Shown: one piece after another, positions 55,492 through 64,000 of the stretch
Layout of the letters: every line of letters begins with the position of its first letter
How positions within the stretch are numbered: position 1 is the stretch's first letter
Virus record (IMG/VR): IMGVR_UViG_3300032286_000547
Coordinates: 32,001 to 96,000 of that record
DNA from: a virus
DNA length: 64,000 nt
Strand: one strand, 5' to 3'
Translations under genes and position numbers: made by a program
The notes under the pieces: model-generated
Seen by the model: only the letters and a program-made list of their open reading frames with translations
Database searches by the model: none
Told to the model about the DNA's origin: nothing

Positions 55492-56120
55492 TATATATCT
55501 GTACCTCCTGTTGGTTTTTGTGGTGCTATGTCTATTTTAGCTCCATCATTAATTAGTTCAATGAATGGTTCAAATGATCTCTGGTTTAGATATACAGAAG
55601 ATCCCTGCATGAATGTTAGTCTATTACTATTTGTAGTGATAGAATTCTCTTTCTTTTGTGTGATTTCAAAATTCAAAGCAGCTATAAGCTGTGTAGCTGT
55701 ATATTCTCCTTCTAGTATTATCTTGTCAAACTTCAGTCTGCAGTCTTCTTTGTATAGTCTAAGTGCTCTAGTGCCTTTAAATGTCTTACCCTTATACTCA
55801 AATGAATCAGTACCTGGGTAAGTCTTCCACCATTCCTCAAAATCTGTACTGGCTGGCTTTCTTCTTATTATTCTTCCTGTGCTCTTGGCATTCATGAAAT
55901 CTAATAAGTCTCTACCTAATGTTGTGATCTTCTCATCATCTGGTGTTATAAGTCCTTTCCTTATCAAAGAATGATAGACAGATGCAATCTTCATACTTCC
56001 ATCACATAGTGGTGAAACATCAAACCTATCGTCTATCAACTTTAATAAGAATATTACATCAAGATTATAACCTCGTTTGATGAGCTCCTCGAACTGTTCT
56101 GGTGTTACGTTCAGCTTCAT
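55491..56120 (-). CDS. Putative replication initiator/helicase-loader-like protein
   Basis: A winged-helix-like N-terminus, FEEWW..YP and YLNQ motifs; upstream of the DnaB-like gene. Confidence 0.45.
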   Translation of the reverse strand: MKLNVTPEQFEELIKRGYNLDVIFLLKLIDDRFDVSPLCDGSMKIASVYHSLIRKGLITPDDEKITTLGRDLLDFMNAKSTGRIIRRKPASTDFEEWWKTYPGTDSFEYKGKTFKGTRALRLYKEDCRLKFDKIILEGEYTATQLIAALNFEITQKKENSITTNSNRLTFMQGSSVYLNQRSFEPFIELINDGAKIDIAPQKPTGGTDI

Positions 56121-56280
56121 CTGTTAAAATTGGTGTTACTACTTTAATTAATGCAGGCAAACGTTTTTTACGTTCCTGCTCCTCTTCCCATTGTTGCCAT
56201 TCTAATTGCATATCATGGTGTCTTTCCATAGCATAGATATGGTCATTAGGATATTCCCAATCTTCCAATACCCAATCCAT
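56065..56280 (-). CDS. Hypothetical protein
   Basis: 71-aa ORF. Confidence 0.45.
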   Translation of the reverse strand: MDWVLEDWEYPNDHIYAMERHHDMQLEWQQWEEEQERKKRLPALIKVVTPILTDEAERNTRTVRGAHQTRL

Positions 56281-56546
56281 TATTCAACTTTTCTAGGTCT
56301 TCCAACAGATCTTTTCTCAACTTGTGCATTATTTGCAACAGTTGGTTTCTTCTTGTTGTAATACCTTTTCTTCTTTCTTTTAGGTGCTTCTGTTGTAGAA
56401 AGATCAGTCACTTTTCTAGGTTGAAACTTTGGGCGTACATATGTATCTGTTTCTTGTTCTTTACTTGATATTTTCATCATAAAATAAGAAAAGATTGATA
56501 AAAATACTAATATGCATACTAATGCAATAATGTTAGGTGTTTCCAT
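56280..56546 (-). CDS. Small membrane protein with a basic tail
   Basis: N-terminal TM helix and an AT-hook-like GRPRK at the C-terminus. Confidence 0.55.
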   Translation of the reverse strand: METPNIIALVCILVFLSIFSYFMMKISSKEQETDTYVRPKFQPRKVTDLSTTEAPKRKKKRYYNKKKPTVANNAQVEKRSVGRPRKVE

Positions 56547-56551
56547 AATTT

Positions 56552-56809
56552 TTAATTTTTAATGCGAAGACCAAACTGTAAATTGAACCAGTCAAAAGTT
56601 TGTTCAGCCCTGCTTTTGTTACATTTAAAGATTTTCTTTATTAGAGGAATAGCATAACGCTTGAATTCCTCGTGTTGTTCTTGATTCATGGTCCAATTGA
56701 AGTACCACATATCATCATCTAGTGTGTCCACTAGTCTTTTACCAACCATATCAAGTTGATACTCGATTAAATGTCTGGTAATGTTTGCTCTGTTCACTTT
56801 AGCTTTCAT
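56552..56809 (-). CDS. Hypothetical protein
   Basis: 85-aa ORF. Confidence 0.55.
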   Translation of the reverse strand: MKAKVNRANITRHLIEYQLDMVGKRLVDTLDDDMWYFNWTMNQEQHEEFKRYAIPLIKKIFKCNKSRAEQTFDWFNLQFGLRIKN

Positions 56810-58770
56810 TCAAATAAATTTAATTGGTTTGGAATAAAGACTGTTTTGATTCTCTTACCTTCAGTTTTTATCTTTGTTACTATCCTGTTTGCTTTCTCAA
56901 TATAGTAATCATAATTGACATTGTCAACTGATGCATTCTTTGGTAAGAAGTTACACACTTTACATACCCATTCACCAGCTTCCACTTGACTAACAGCAGC
57001 TGCTCTAGTCTGACATTCAGGGTTCTTCACCTTGAATATCTTCTCACCAGTGTTGGATACATAGTATCTGATTAGTTTGTTATACACAGTCTTTTCACCT
57101 GTAGATCTATTAGTTCCTTCATAATGGAAACTTCTACTGGCCTTCTGTCTTATGCAAAAATCATATAGATTCTTGTGATTACGAATTGTAGTATCAACAG
57201 GTACACCATGAACAAAATACTGCTCAAGAGCAATCGGAACCACTCTTGCTGATTTATTTTTGTGTAATTCAAAGTCAGTAAGGAAATCACCCTTCTTTTT
57301 AATTTCTCCATTAGTCATAATTGCTAAGTAATCATTCACCGTACTAAAGATAATCTTGGAATAGTCAGTTCTCTCTAACTCATATTGAGTTATGCTACAC
57401 CACCAGTCATTAAGTTTATGCATCAAAGGAATCAACTCTTTCTTAATCCTGATAGTTACACCATCTGTGTTTGCAGAGATCACCTGTATGCCATTCAATT
57501 CATATTGTTCTATAAGCATCATTAGACTAAGCTCACCAGTAATCGTGGTGAACATAGTTAACTGCCTATCAAATATCCATGATTGCATATCAGATGACTT
57601 ACCATACACAGAGTTAACTGCAAGTTTAAGTGCTCCTACAATTCCTTTAATCTTCTTGTCTTTCTTTGCTAGCGGTTTAAGCTCCAATCTCTTATCAAAC
57701 ATCTGTTTGTATCCCCTAAGGAATTCTTTACCCAAATGAGCAGGAAACTGCCCATTATTGATGATGATTGCTGGATAATAAGAACTAACATCCCAATCGA
57801 TTATCTCGTACTCTTCATCAGCCTCAAACACATGAGGTTTGTTCTCTGTATGAAGACCTCCTTTCATAAACGAATATACATTCCCATAGAAATGTAACTC
57901 CTCTTTGAAATCATCTTGAAGACCTAATTGAGTCTTCTTTATTCTTTTTAAGAAATCACTAAGTTCTGGTGTCTGGAAGACAACATATTTAGAAATGCAA
58001 TTTTTAAGATGTATATTCTTTCTAAAGTATCCTTTTCTAGGAAGTTCTTTATACTCAATACCTTTCTCTTGGCAATAGTACTTCTTGATCATTTCATCAC
58101 CTATCTTACTGTCTGAATAATTCAAACAAGGAATACCAAACTCTTCATAGATATCTTGTCTAAGTTCTATTTGGTTGTTTCCTTTGTATAATGGGTGATC
58201 AGTCTCACCTAGTGTCACTTTATAGAATTCATAAGTTGCATCAACATCATTGAAACAATAGTCTATGGTGAGATCTATCTCTTCCTTAGTCATGTTTGTT
58301 TTGCTGTGATGAATAGGCATCTCTTCAATGTTCTCTAGGTCCATCTCAAACTCTAGTCTTTTAAGAGAGACCATACGATTCTTATTATCGTAGTGATGTA
58401 TCTTAAATAGATCTATTTGTTTGAGTGTTAGTTCGTGCTCTCTGTATTCTGGAAACACATCATAATTGGCATCATGAATAACATCAGCAGCTTTCTGTGC
58501 TATCTTAGCACATATTTCTAAATTAGATAGTTCATGCCAATTTTCATAGTTTCTCAAGACCCATTCAACAACCTGACTGTCAAAGCGTAGATTATTATAT
58601 CCTACCCAATAAGCACTAGGATTAGCTTCTGTGTATCTAACAAACTTATCTAGTTCGTTTTTCCATCTAGAAACTTGAAAGCTCTTACCAGCTTTACCAG
58701 GCACCATACAAACTATTAAGAATAGTTCTTGCATGGTTTCTATGTCATATATTATTACGTTATCTTTCAT
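56806..58770 (-). CDS. Family B DNA polymerase with 3'-5' exonuclease
   Basis: Likely start MKDNV. Exonuclease motifs YDIET, GYN...FD and YC.NDV; polymerase motifs DVSSYYP, KL..NS.YGK, NTDG and KKKG. Confidence 0.88.
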   Translation of the reverse strand: MKDNVIIYDIETMQELFLIVCMVPGKAGKSFQVSRWKNELDKFVRYTEANPSAYWVGYNNLRFDSQVVEWVLRNYENWHELSNLEICAKIAQKAADVIHDANYDVFPEYREHELTLKQIDLFKIHHYDNKNRMVSLKRLEFEMDLENIEEMPIHHSKTNMTKEEIDLTIDYCFNDVDATYEFYKVTLGETDHPLYKGNNQIELRQDIYEEFGIPCLNYSDSKIGDEMIKKYYCQEKGIEYKELPRKGYFRKNIHLKNCISKYVVFQTPELSDFLKRIKKTQLGLQDDFKEELHFYGNVYSFMKGGLHTENKPHVFEADEEYEIIDWDVSSYYPAIIINNGQFPAHLGKEFLRGYKQMFDKRLELKPLAKKDKKIKGIVGALKLAVNSVYGKSSDMQSWIFDRQLTMFTTITGELSLMMLIEQYELNGIQVISANTDGVTIRIKKELIPLMHKLNDWWCSITQYELERTDYSKIIFSTVNDYLAIMTNGEIKKKGDFLTDFELHKNKSARVVPIALEQYFVHGVPVDTTIRNHKNLYDFCIRQKASRSFHYEGTNRSTGEKTVYNKLIRYYVSNTGEKIFKVKNPECQTRAAAVSQVEAGEWVCKVCNFLPKNASVDNVNYDYYIEKANRIVTKIKTEGKRIKTVFIPNQLNLFE

Positions 58771-58964
58771 TCTCTTGTTGATTTTTTGTGATCTTTCCAA
58801 TCTAGCCAAAAGCCAATTGCTACAATGATGTTCATTCCAAATGAAGCTATGATTTCATATATGTCTTCATATACATTAGTGGTAAGATGAATATGCCCTA
58901 CCATCCAAAAAGGTATGGCAAGGTTATTTGATATCCATCTTACTAAATAATTTATAAACTTCAT
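58767..58964 (-). CDS. Small membrane protein
   Basis: Two hydrophobic segments. Confidence 0.55.
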   Translation of the reverse strand: MKFINYLVRWISNNLAIPFWMVGHIHLTTNVYEDIYEIIASFGMNIIVAIGFWLDWKDHKKSTRE

Positions 58965-58970
58965 AGCCTA

Positions 58971-58978
58971 CAAAGATA
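58971..58978 (-). promoter_or_regulatory. Bacteroidota-type -7 element (TATCTTTG) upstream of the polymerase operon
   Basis: caaagata on the + strand in an AT-rich intergenic gap. Confidence 0.5.
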
Positions 58979-59007
58979 ATGAAAAATATTATATTATTCT
59001 AATAATT

Positions 59008-59505
59008 TTAGTTATCAAAGTAATATCTAACGTGATCAGAGTATACAACAATTCTACTTGGTACACCAGTGAAGGCCATAACACCTACAGGTACTTCAAT
59101 ACCTATTTCTGCAGGCTGTCTTTCAATTGGTTTCTCAACAATCTCTTCACAGATCTCTTTAAAAGATTGTGCTGCTTCAGTTGCTTCGATGTCTTCAATT
59201 ATCTCTACAATTCTTTTGTCAAAGTTATCCATTAAAGAACCTGGTAATGGTTCAAAATCAATCACTTCTTGAACTGTAGCTGGTCTAATAGCTTTAGGTT
59301 TTCTACCTCTTGATTTTCTAGTAGGACCTGTCCATGTGTTATGGATCTTTCTAGTTTGTCTAGCAAGTAATACTATTTTAGTGTAAAGACCAGATAGTGG
59401 TCTTTCAAACTCCTCTGATAATTCATCAGCAATGATAGGTAATGGTTTACCTGTTCTAATCTCTTGTTTAATTCGATTAACTTCCTTGGGTGTGTAATGT
59501 TTCAT
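59008..59505 (-). CDS. Hypothetical protein (N-terminal Myb/HTH-like)
   Basis: YT..E...I......G.....IA..L...F.R pattern. Confidence 0.5.
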   Translation of the reverse strand: MKHYTPKEVNRIKQEIRTGKPLPIIADELSEEFERPLSGLYTKIVLLARQTRKIHNTWTGPTRKSRGRKPKAIRPATVQEVIDFEPLPGSLMDNFDKRIVEIIEDIEATEAAQSFKEICEEIVEKPIERQPAEIGIEVPVGVMAFTGVPSRIVVYSDHVRYYFDN

Positions 59506-59528
59506 AATTTTAAAATTTAGTTGTTTAT

Positions 59529-59975
59529 TTATTCTTCTTCTAATCCTTCGTCTAGTGTTGTATCCCAGTCTTCAAAATCATCTGGTACAACTGTCAATAC
59601 TACTTTCCCATCATAAATAACTGGTCCATAGTCTTCATCTACCTCAATATCAACATATCCATCAAGCTCTCTTAATAGATAGTTAACATCATCTAGTGTA
59701 ATGTCTCTAAGTTCATCTGTGTCTTCTCCATCATCCCACCAACCTATTTCATCATGTGTAGCAAGTAATTCTTCATCTTCATCAATGATGACTAGTTCTA
59801 CAGGTGCACCATGTTTGGCCATAAATGCATCAGGATCTTCTGGTATCTCTTCAAGCTCAAACAGCTCAATGTATGGATCAATAACACCAACAGATATTCT
59901 GTTAATGAAAAGCATTCCTACCTCCAATTCAGAAGGTAGGTAGCTTGACAATGATATTTCTGCAGGCAACCACAT
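59529..59975 (-). CDS. Acidic hypothetical protein
   Basis: 148 aa, highly Asp/Glu-rich. Confidence 0.6.
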   Translation of the reverse strand: MWLPAEISLSSYLPSELEVGMLFINRISVGVIDPYIELFELEEIPEDPDAFMAKHGAPVELVIIDEDEELLATHDEIGWWDDGEDTDELRDITLDDVNYLLRELDGYVDIEVDEDYGPVIYDGKVVLTVVPDDFEDWDTTLDEGLEEE

Positions 59976-60331
59976 TAGAACTCTTTTTTATGTGCTGGTT
60001 CAGAAATCTGGTATACACTGTGTGTACTAGATAGTCTTAACAATATATGAAGTTGTTCTGCTTCTAGATAGTTTAGATTCTTCTTAGTGCATGCACCAAT
60101 GATTTCTATACCATCACCATTATCCACTAGCTGCATAGCAACTTGCTTCTTGATATTGTCTGCCCATGAATCATCTTCACTGAAATACAGTGTGTGAACT
60201 TCTACATCTGGTGTAGCTTGTAGCTTGTGATAATCATATTCATGTCTATCATTGATATAGATCTCTTCTCTGTATAACACTTCACTAGCGTTATCAATCA
60301 TTTTTTGAATTTCTTCTTTTAGTTTTGCCAT
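59975..60331 (-). CDS. Hypothetical protein
   Basis: 118-aa ORF. Confidence 0.55.
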   Translation of the reverse strand: MAKLKEEIQKMIDNASEVLYREEIYINDRHEYDYHKLQATPDVEVHTLYFSEDDSWADNIKKQVAMQLVDNGDGIEIIGACTKKNLNYLEAEQLHILLRLSSTHSVYQISEPAHKKEF

Positions 60332-60342
60332 GTTATTGTTTT

Positions 60343-60579
60343 TTAAAATCCTGCTAATTTAGAGAAATTAACATCATCTCTATTTAATAGATGAGCTAGA
60401 CTTCTTTCTTCTTTCTCTGATAGGTTAATAATAGATGATACTAATTCTATTCTACTAGATGTGATGTCTTCACCATACACTGCTTTCACCTTCTGACCTA
60501 TTTCCATAAGTTGTGGTGCATTAAAATGATTGATAGGCTCACCATGTTGGTCTTGCCATTTTCCGTTCACTACTTTCAT
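60343..60579 (-). CDS. Hypothetical protein
   Basis: 78-aa ORF. Confidence 0.55.
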   Translation of the reverse strand: MKVVNGKWQDQHGEPINHFNAPQLMEIGQKVKAVYGEDITSSRIELVSSIINLSEKEERSLAHLLNRDDVNFSKLAGF

Positions 60580-60584
60580 AATTT

Positions 60585-60824
60585 CTAATTTTCTTGATTT
60601 TCGATTACTATTTCTATAATTTTTTCATACACTTCATCACTAACTAATTCAGTGATGTTTATTCCTTCTAAATTTATTGAGTCTATTTCAAACTCAGCAT
60701 AACTACCTGGATAACCTTCCATATTACCATCATACATTTGTGATGGTTCTTCTGGATAATATGTACCAGACACTTCTAATCTAACATCATAGATGTTAAC
60801 TTCCATTGTTATATCTTTATGCAT
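60585..60824 (-). CDS. Acidic hypothetical protein
   Basis: 79-aa ORF with a YPG...EFEI motif. Confidence 0.55.
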   Translation of the reverse strand: MHKDITMEVNIYDVRLEVSGTYYPEEPSQMYDGNMEGYPGSYAEFEIDSINLEGINITELVSDEVYEKIIEIVIENQEN

Positions 60825-60982
60825 ACGTCAGTTCTGTTATAGTGGTTATTGATTGATGTTGTTTCACTTCTTTCTTGAATGTCTTAAGTGCTTGTTCCAT
60901 ATCATCAGCTTTAATAATGATCTCTAGTTCTGTATATTGATCATTTGTTTCTGTAAAATAATATACTAAAAATCTTCTCATG

Positions 60983-61243
60983 TTATGTTAGTATTTGTTC
61001 GTAATTCTTTCTTATCACTGTATCTACCTTGTGAGATACATCTGTCAGGTATGTACCTGATCTCACCTGTTCACTGTCATATGCTGCTACTAGAAATGGT
61101 TCTAGTGCTTCAGTAAACTCTTTAGCCTTCTGATGCATAGTTGCACCAATTGCTGCTGTAGGTTTCATCTCATCTAATTCAATTAGTAATAGATTAGTTA
61201 GCACAGCTAGTTTGTGATAGAGCACTCTTTCTTTCTTTGTCAT
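60983..61243 (-). CDS. Hypothetical protein
   Basis: 86-aa ORF. Confidence 0.55.
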   Translation of the reverse strand: MTKKERVLYHKLAVLTNLLLIELDEMKPTAAIGATMHQKAKEFTEALEPFLVAAYDSEQVRSGTYLTDVSHKVDTVIRKNYEQILT

Positions 61244-61359
61244 TTGTTTACAGGTTTAGGTGTACACACATGTCCATCACTCCATTTGATTCCTGGAGGT
61301 GGTGTTGTTTCTGGTGAGCTGTATTTTGTACCACACTCACTACATATGAATTTGTTCAT
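61240..61359 (-). CDS. Small putative Zn-binding protein (39 aa; not in the ORF track)
   Basis: MNKFICSECGTKYSSPETTPPPGIKWSDGHVCTPKPVNK, starting right after the 18-bp repeat. Confidence 0.55.
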   Translation of the reverse strand: MNKFICSECGTKYSSPETTPPPGIKWSDGHVCTPKPVNK

Positions 61360-61364
61360 AATTC

Positions 61365-61547
61365 TTATTTGTTTTTAAATGTAGGGTCATAATTCTCAAT
61401 ACCTTTTAAATACATTTCTTTTAATTGTTTCTGTTCCATTTCTTTAGCTTCGTCAATAGCTTTGTTTACTTTATCCCATTTAGTACTAAATAAAACTAAT
61501 AATTCATTTAGTTCTTTTTCTAAAAATTCTACTGCTGTCTGTTTCAT
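61365..61547 (-). CDS. Hypothetical protein (MKQTAVE family)
   Basis: Likely start MKQTAVEFL at 61547. The stop lies within the next repeat copy (TFKNK*). Confidence 0.6.
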   Translation of the reverse strand: MKQTAVEFLEKELNELLVLFSTKWDKVNKAIDEAKEMEQKQLKEMYLKGIENYDPTFKNK

Positions 61548-61566
61548 AATCTTATTTGTTTTTAAA

Positions 61567-61773
61567 TTAACATGCCTGATATTGTTCTCCATTTTGAGCA
61601 ATTGCATCTAACACTCTAAATAAAGGAACTAATATAACACCGTTAGTATAAACCTCTTTTTTATCTTTAAAACTGTAATTAATTATAAAATCAATAATTT
61701 TTAGCTGTTCATCTGTTATCCCAACTAATCTGCTTTTTACAGATATATCATTTTTTATTTCTTCTATTGTCAT
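61567..61773 (-). CDS. Hypothetical protein
   Basis: 68 aa, bounded by repeat copies. Confidence 0.55.
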   Translation of the reverse strand: MTIEEIKNDISVKSRLVGITDEQLKIIDFIINYSFKDKKEVYTNGVILVPLFRVLDAIAQNGEQYQAC

Positions 61774-61841
61774 ATCTTATTTGTTTTTAAATTAAACATA
61801 AGAAATAAGGGCTCCACTACAGAGCCCTTTAATTTCCCTCC

Positions 61842-61988
61842 TTAATAACCCAACTGTTCAAGTTGGTCTATATTGGCCTCTACAATATACACACCATGTG
61901 CTATTGTACATCCGAATGCAAGACTCATTGCAAACGCTAATTTTCTGAAGTGATAGAACTCTGTTGGTTCCATTTCGATTTTTTTCAT
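61842..61988 (-). CDS. Small hypothetical protein
   Basis: Likely start MKKIEM at 61988; the longer ORF-track version overlaps the tmRNA. Confidence 0.5.
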   Translation of the reverse strand: MKKIEMEPTEFYHFRKLAFAMSLAFGCTIAHGVYIVEANIDQLEQLGY

Positions 61989-62015
61989 GTTTTTAATTAT
62001 TAAGGATTTATAAAT

Positions 62016-62040
62016 AAAAAAGCCTCTACAATAGAGGCTT
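62016..62040 (-). terminator. Terminator downstream of the tmRNA
   Basis: An aagcctcta-caa-tagaggctt stem followed by a T-run on the minus strand. Confidence 0.75.
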
Positions 62041-62042
62041 AG

Positions 62043-62363
62043 TGGAGGTGGGGAGATTCGAACTCCCGTCCAAACTACGTTCATTAATACAATTTATACA
62101 GCTTATAGGGTCAAGCTAGGCTTGAGATAATCCACCACTCTGTTTAATCTAACAGAGAAATCTTTGAATGTTTAGGCTGCTACAGCAACTTCTTCTCTCA
62201 ATAGAGAGAATACTTTGTTCATGTTAGCTTCGATTTGTGCGTTGTCTCCTAGAGATACTACACGTGTGTTTGATTTGCCATTTAAATAATTCACCTTAGT
62301 TTACAGTTATCTCTCTGGCTGATTGTATTAATTATTGGTAACCTGTCAAAACCAGTCACCCCC
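62043..62363 (-). ncRNA. ssrA: tmRNA (SsrA)
   Basis: The 5' end reads GGGGGTGACTGGTTTTGAC and the 3' end reads GGACGGGAGTTCGAATCTCCCCACCTCCA. These form a 7-bp acceptor stem with a G3:U wobble, a T-arm and an A discriminator. An internal tag frame at 62279-62172 ends AVAA*. Confidence 0.93.
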
Positions 62364-62395
62364 AAAAAATCCCTGCAAATATACATTACAGGGAT
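62364..62395 (-). promoter_or_regulatory. Terminator hairpin of the VWA gene with an embedded tmRNA promoter element (TATATTTG)
   Basis: An atccctg...cagggat stem plus T-run; caaatata at 62376-62383 lies 12 nt upstream of the tmRNA 5' end. Confidence 0.6.
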
Positions 62396-62409
62396 AAATA
62401 AAACAAACT

Positions 62410-63813
62410 TTATGCTTTTAATTGTTGTCTACCTGCTTCTTTAGAATAAGCAAATGTCTCAAGATCATATGTAATCTCAATTTGTTTACCTTCTGTAGCA
62501 AGACAAAGATCTTTTAGTTCATCACTAAATGACATCAATGAGATAGCATTAACCTTGTATGGAAATGCATCTGTACCAACAGAGTCTTGACCATCATTAA
62601 TGATTAATATCTCAGGCTTCTCTTCTGATAGATTTACATCTAGATTGTGTAATCTACCATTAGTCACTTCATTAGCAACATATTCTACTATATCACCAAT
62701 TGCTGTACCACCACCATTAGGTTCATTAGAGAATGTTTGCCAAAACTTAATGACATCATCTCTATCCTTGATATGTTGGAATTCAAGATCTTCACAGTCA
62801 TAAACGAAATAACTGAAGAACACTTCTGCTTCTCCTCGCATAACATATCTGAACCTGTCGATTAATATAGCATTAACCCATACCTGTTTCTCATCTTCAT
62901 GCATAGATCCTGAGTAATCAAGAAGAATAATAATCTTCTGAATCTGCTCTTTTCTATCAACAGGTACATTCACTATCAAATCTTTAGTTAAGAACTTACT
63001 TCTGAAGTTTGGATACACTCTCTGCATTAGATTCATCATATGAATCTGAGAATAGTCTCTCATAATCATAGTGGCATACTGATCAGAATTAGCTACAATC
63101 TTCTCACTGATTTCTTTCTCAACCTTGAACTCAGATCCAAACTGACCTACAAGAGACAGATGATTCATAATCTCCATCTTTCTCTCTTTACTAAGCTCAT
63201 TAAGATCTAGTTGTTCATTGATGTTAGGATCAGAATATACATTTCTATCAAAGTCAAGTCTTTTAGTAAGATCTACCTCTTCATCATCATCACCATCTTC
63301 TCTATCTTCTTTACTTGATTGACCTTTCAATTTCAAATAAATAGAAATAGCTTGTTCTAATGGTGAGAATCCAGGAATGAATTGCTCAAATATACTATCG
63401 TACAAAGCTTTCTTCTGTTGGTATTCACCTTGTTCAGATTCAGATAAAGAATCATAGTCTGCATACTTCTCAGCTACATATTCTCTATCATCAATCATCT
63501 TGAAATAGCATATACGTGCTAGTTCTTTGATTGTGTCAATAGATGTTTGCTTTGGAGCGTGCACTTTCTTTCTGATCTCTGCAGCTGTTGGTGTTAGATA
63601 ATTGATTGGATCTTTAACAAACAGATCATCATTGTTATCAGAACTACCATAGTCCCATGTATACGAGAATGATGACCAGCCTGATTTAGACCAACCACCA
63701 CCTCCATACTTACTCTTCCAACCTCCGCTACTCTTCTTAGGAGTATAGGTTGGAGCATAATAACTACCGTAGTAGTCATCATACTCATCATCCCATAAAC
63801 TTCTTTGTACCAT
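62410..63813 (-). CDS. VWA (MIDAS) domain protein
   Basis: ILLDYSGSM, GGT.IG and ILIINDG motifs; aromatic/Gly/Ser low-complexity N-terminus. Confidence 0.8.
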   Translation of the reverse strand: MVQRSLWDDEYDDYYGSYYAPTYTPKKSSGGWKSKYGGGGWSKSGWSSFSYTWDYGSSDNNDDLFVKDPINYLTPTAAEIRKKVHAPKQTSIDTIKELARICYFKMIDDREYVAEKYADYDSLSESEQGEYQQKKALYDSIFEQFIPGFSPLEQAISIYLKLKGQSSKEDREDGDDDEEVDLTKRLDFDRNVYSDPNINEQLDLNELSKERKMEIMNHLSLVGQFGSEFKVEKEISEKIVANSDQYATMIMRDYSQIHMMNLMQRVYPNFRSKFLTKDLIVNVPVDRKEQIQKIIILLDYSGSMHEDEKQVWVNAILIDRFRYVMRGEAEVFFSYFVYDCEDLEFQHIKDRDDVIKFWQTFSNEPNGGGTAIGDIVEYVANEVTNGRLHNLDVNLSEEKPEILIINDGQDSVGTDAFPYKVNAISLMSFSDELKDLCLATEGKQIEITYDLETFAYSKEAGRQQLKA

Positions 63814-63998
63814 TAGATAAATGAAGCAATAGTTAAGTTCTTCTCAAATTTCTCAAGAGCAGATGTAGCTGCTTTAACAAGCTGTGAGTGTACATGCACA
63901 ACATCATCACCTACAGTTAAGCCTTTCATATCAGCCAATTGTTTCTTAAGGTCTGAAATAGCACCTTTATGTAACTTCTCATCTTCTCTAGTTACTAA
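63813..63998 (-). CDS. C-terminal fragment of the upstream gene (possibly a MoxR-type AAA partner of the VWA protein)
   Basis: The open frame LVTREDEKLHKGAISDLKKQ...IASFI* has a TAA that overlaps the VWA ATG. Its identity is inferred only from the usual gene pairing. Confidence 0.35.
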   Translation of the reverse strand, partial: LVTREDEKLHKGAISDLKKQLADMKGLTVGDDVVHVHSQLVKAATSALEKFEKNLTIASFI

Positions 63999-64000
63999 TG

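Larger units (their letters stand above)
61363..61792. repeat. Three exact copies of an 18-bp repeat (TCTTATTTGTTTTTAAAT) at 61363, 61550 and 61775
   Basis: Each copy lies 1-3 nt upstream of a minus-strand ATG. Confidence 0.85.

Noticed and set aside
61363-61792. CRISPR array
   Set aside because: There are only three AT-rich 18-bp repeats, with 170-210 bp coding spacers and no cas genes.
62043-62084. Stand-alone tRNA, or the N-terminal extension of ORF 61842..62084
   Set aside because: The T-arm/acceptor half pairs with a 5' end about 320 nt away and brackets a tag frame, so it is the tmRNA 3' end. The CDS likely starts at 61988.
1-64000. Stop-codon reassignment (TAG or TGA) as in some crAss-like phages
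   Set aside because: Genes are long and tile densely in the standard code, TAG/TGA end genes at sensible junctions, and no suppressor tRNA was seen.
1-64000. Prophage, integrase, introns or inteins
   Set aside because: No host genes, integrase or att-like context were seen, and the polymerase, helicases and RecA have normal lengths without intein motifs.

Overview
This window is a gene-dense, AT-rich segment of a lytic dsDNA phage genome read in the standard genetic code. It is most consistent with a crAss-like (Crassvirales-related) phage of a Bacteroidota host: it has a giant virion RNA polymerase with a DFDID motif, TAnnTTTG -7 promoter elements, A-rich translation starts without Shine-Dalgarno motifs, and a Bacteroidota-type tmRNA resume context. 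The + strand (1-34.8 kb) is a late/virion block. It contains the 5'-truncated vRNAP, a large ejection-type protein, collagen-like Gly-Thr-Ser fibres and other fibre/decoration proteins, a lysis cassette, Thr-rich mucin-like proteins, a ferritin-like protein and a cluster of very basic small proteins. The - strand (34.8-64 kb) holds glycan-modifying enzymes, GroES, PhoH, MazG, RecA, nucleases, rIIA/rIIB, UDG, primase, two helicases, a family B DNA polymerase, many small ORFs, a tmRNA and a VWA protein. The most notable signal is a putative phage-encoded protein O-glycosylation system. A plant HPAT/SERGT (GT95/GT96)-like transferase is embedded among poly-Thr proteins, and a three-domain enzyme ending in a TibC/Aah-type protein heptosyltransferase domain sits next to the Ser/Thr-rich fibre genes. 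GT2, GT11 and sugar O-methyltransferase genes are also present. Other notable items are a tmRNA with a 35-residue tag, a lipobox-less spanin candidate with a beta-strand anchor, a UDG with a substituted active site, and conserved regulatory motifs. All family assignments come from motif recognition by eye, and no database searches were run.
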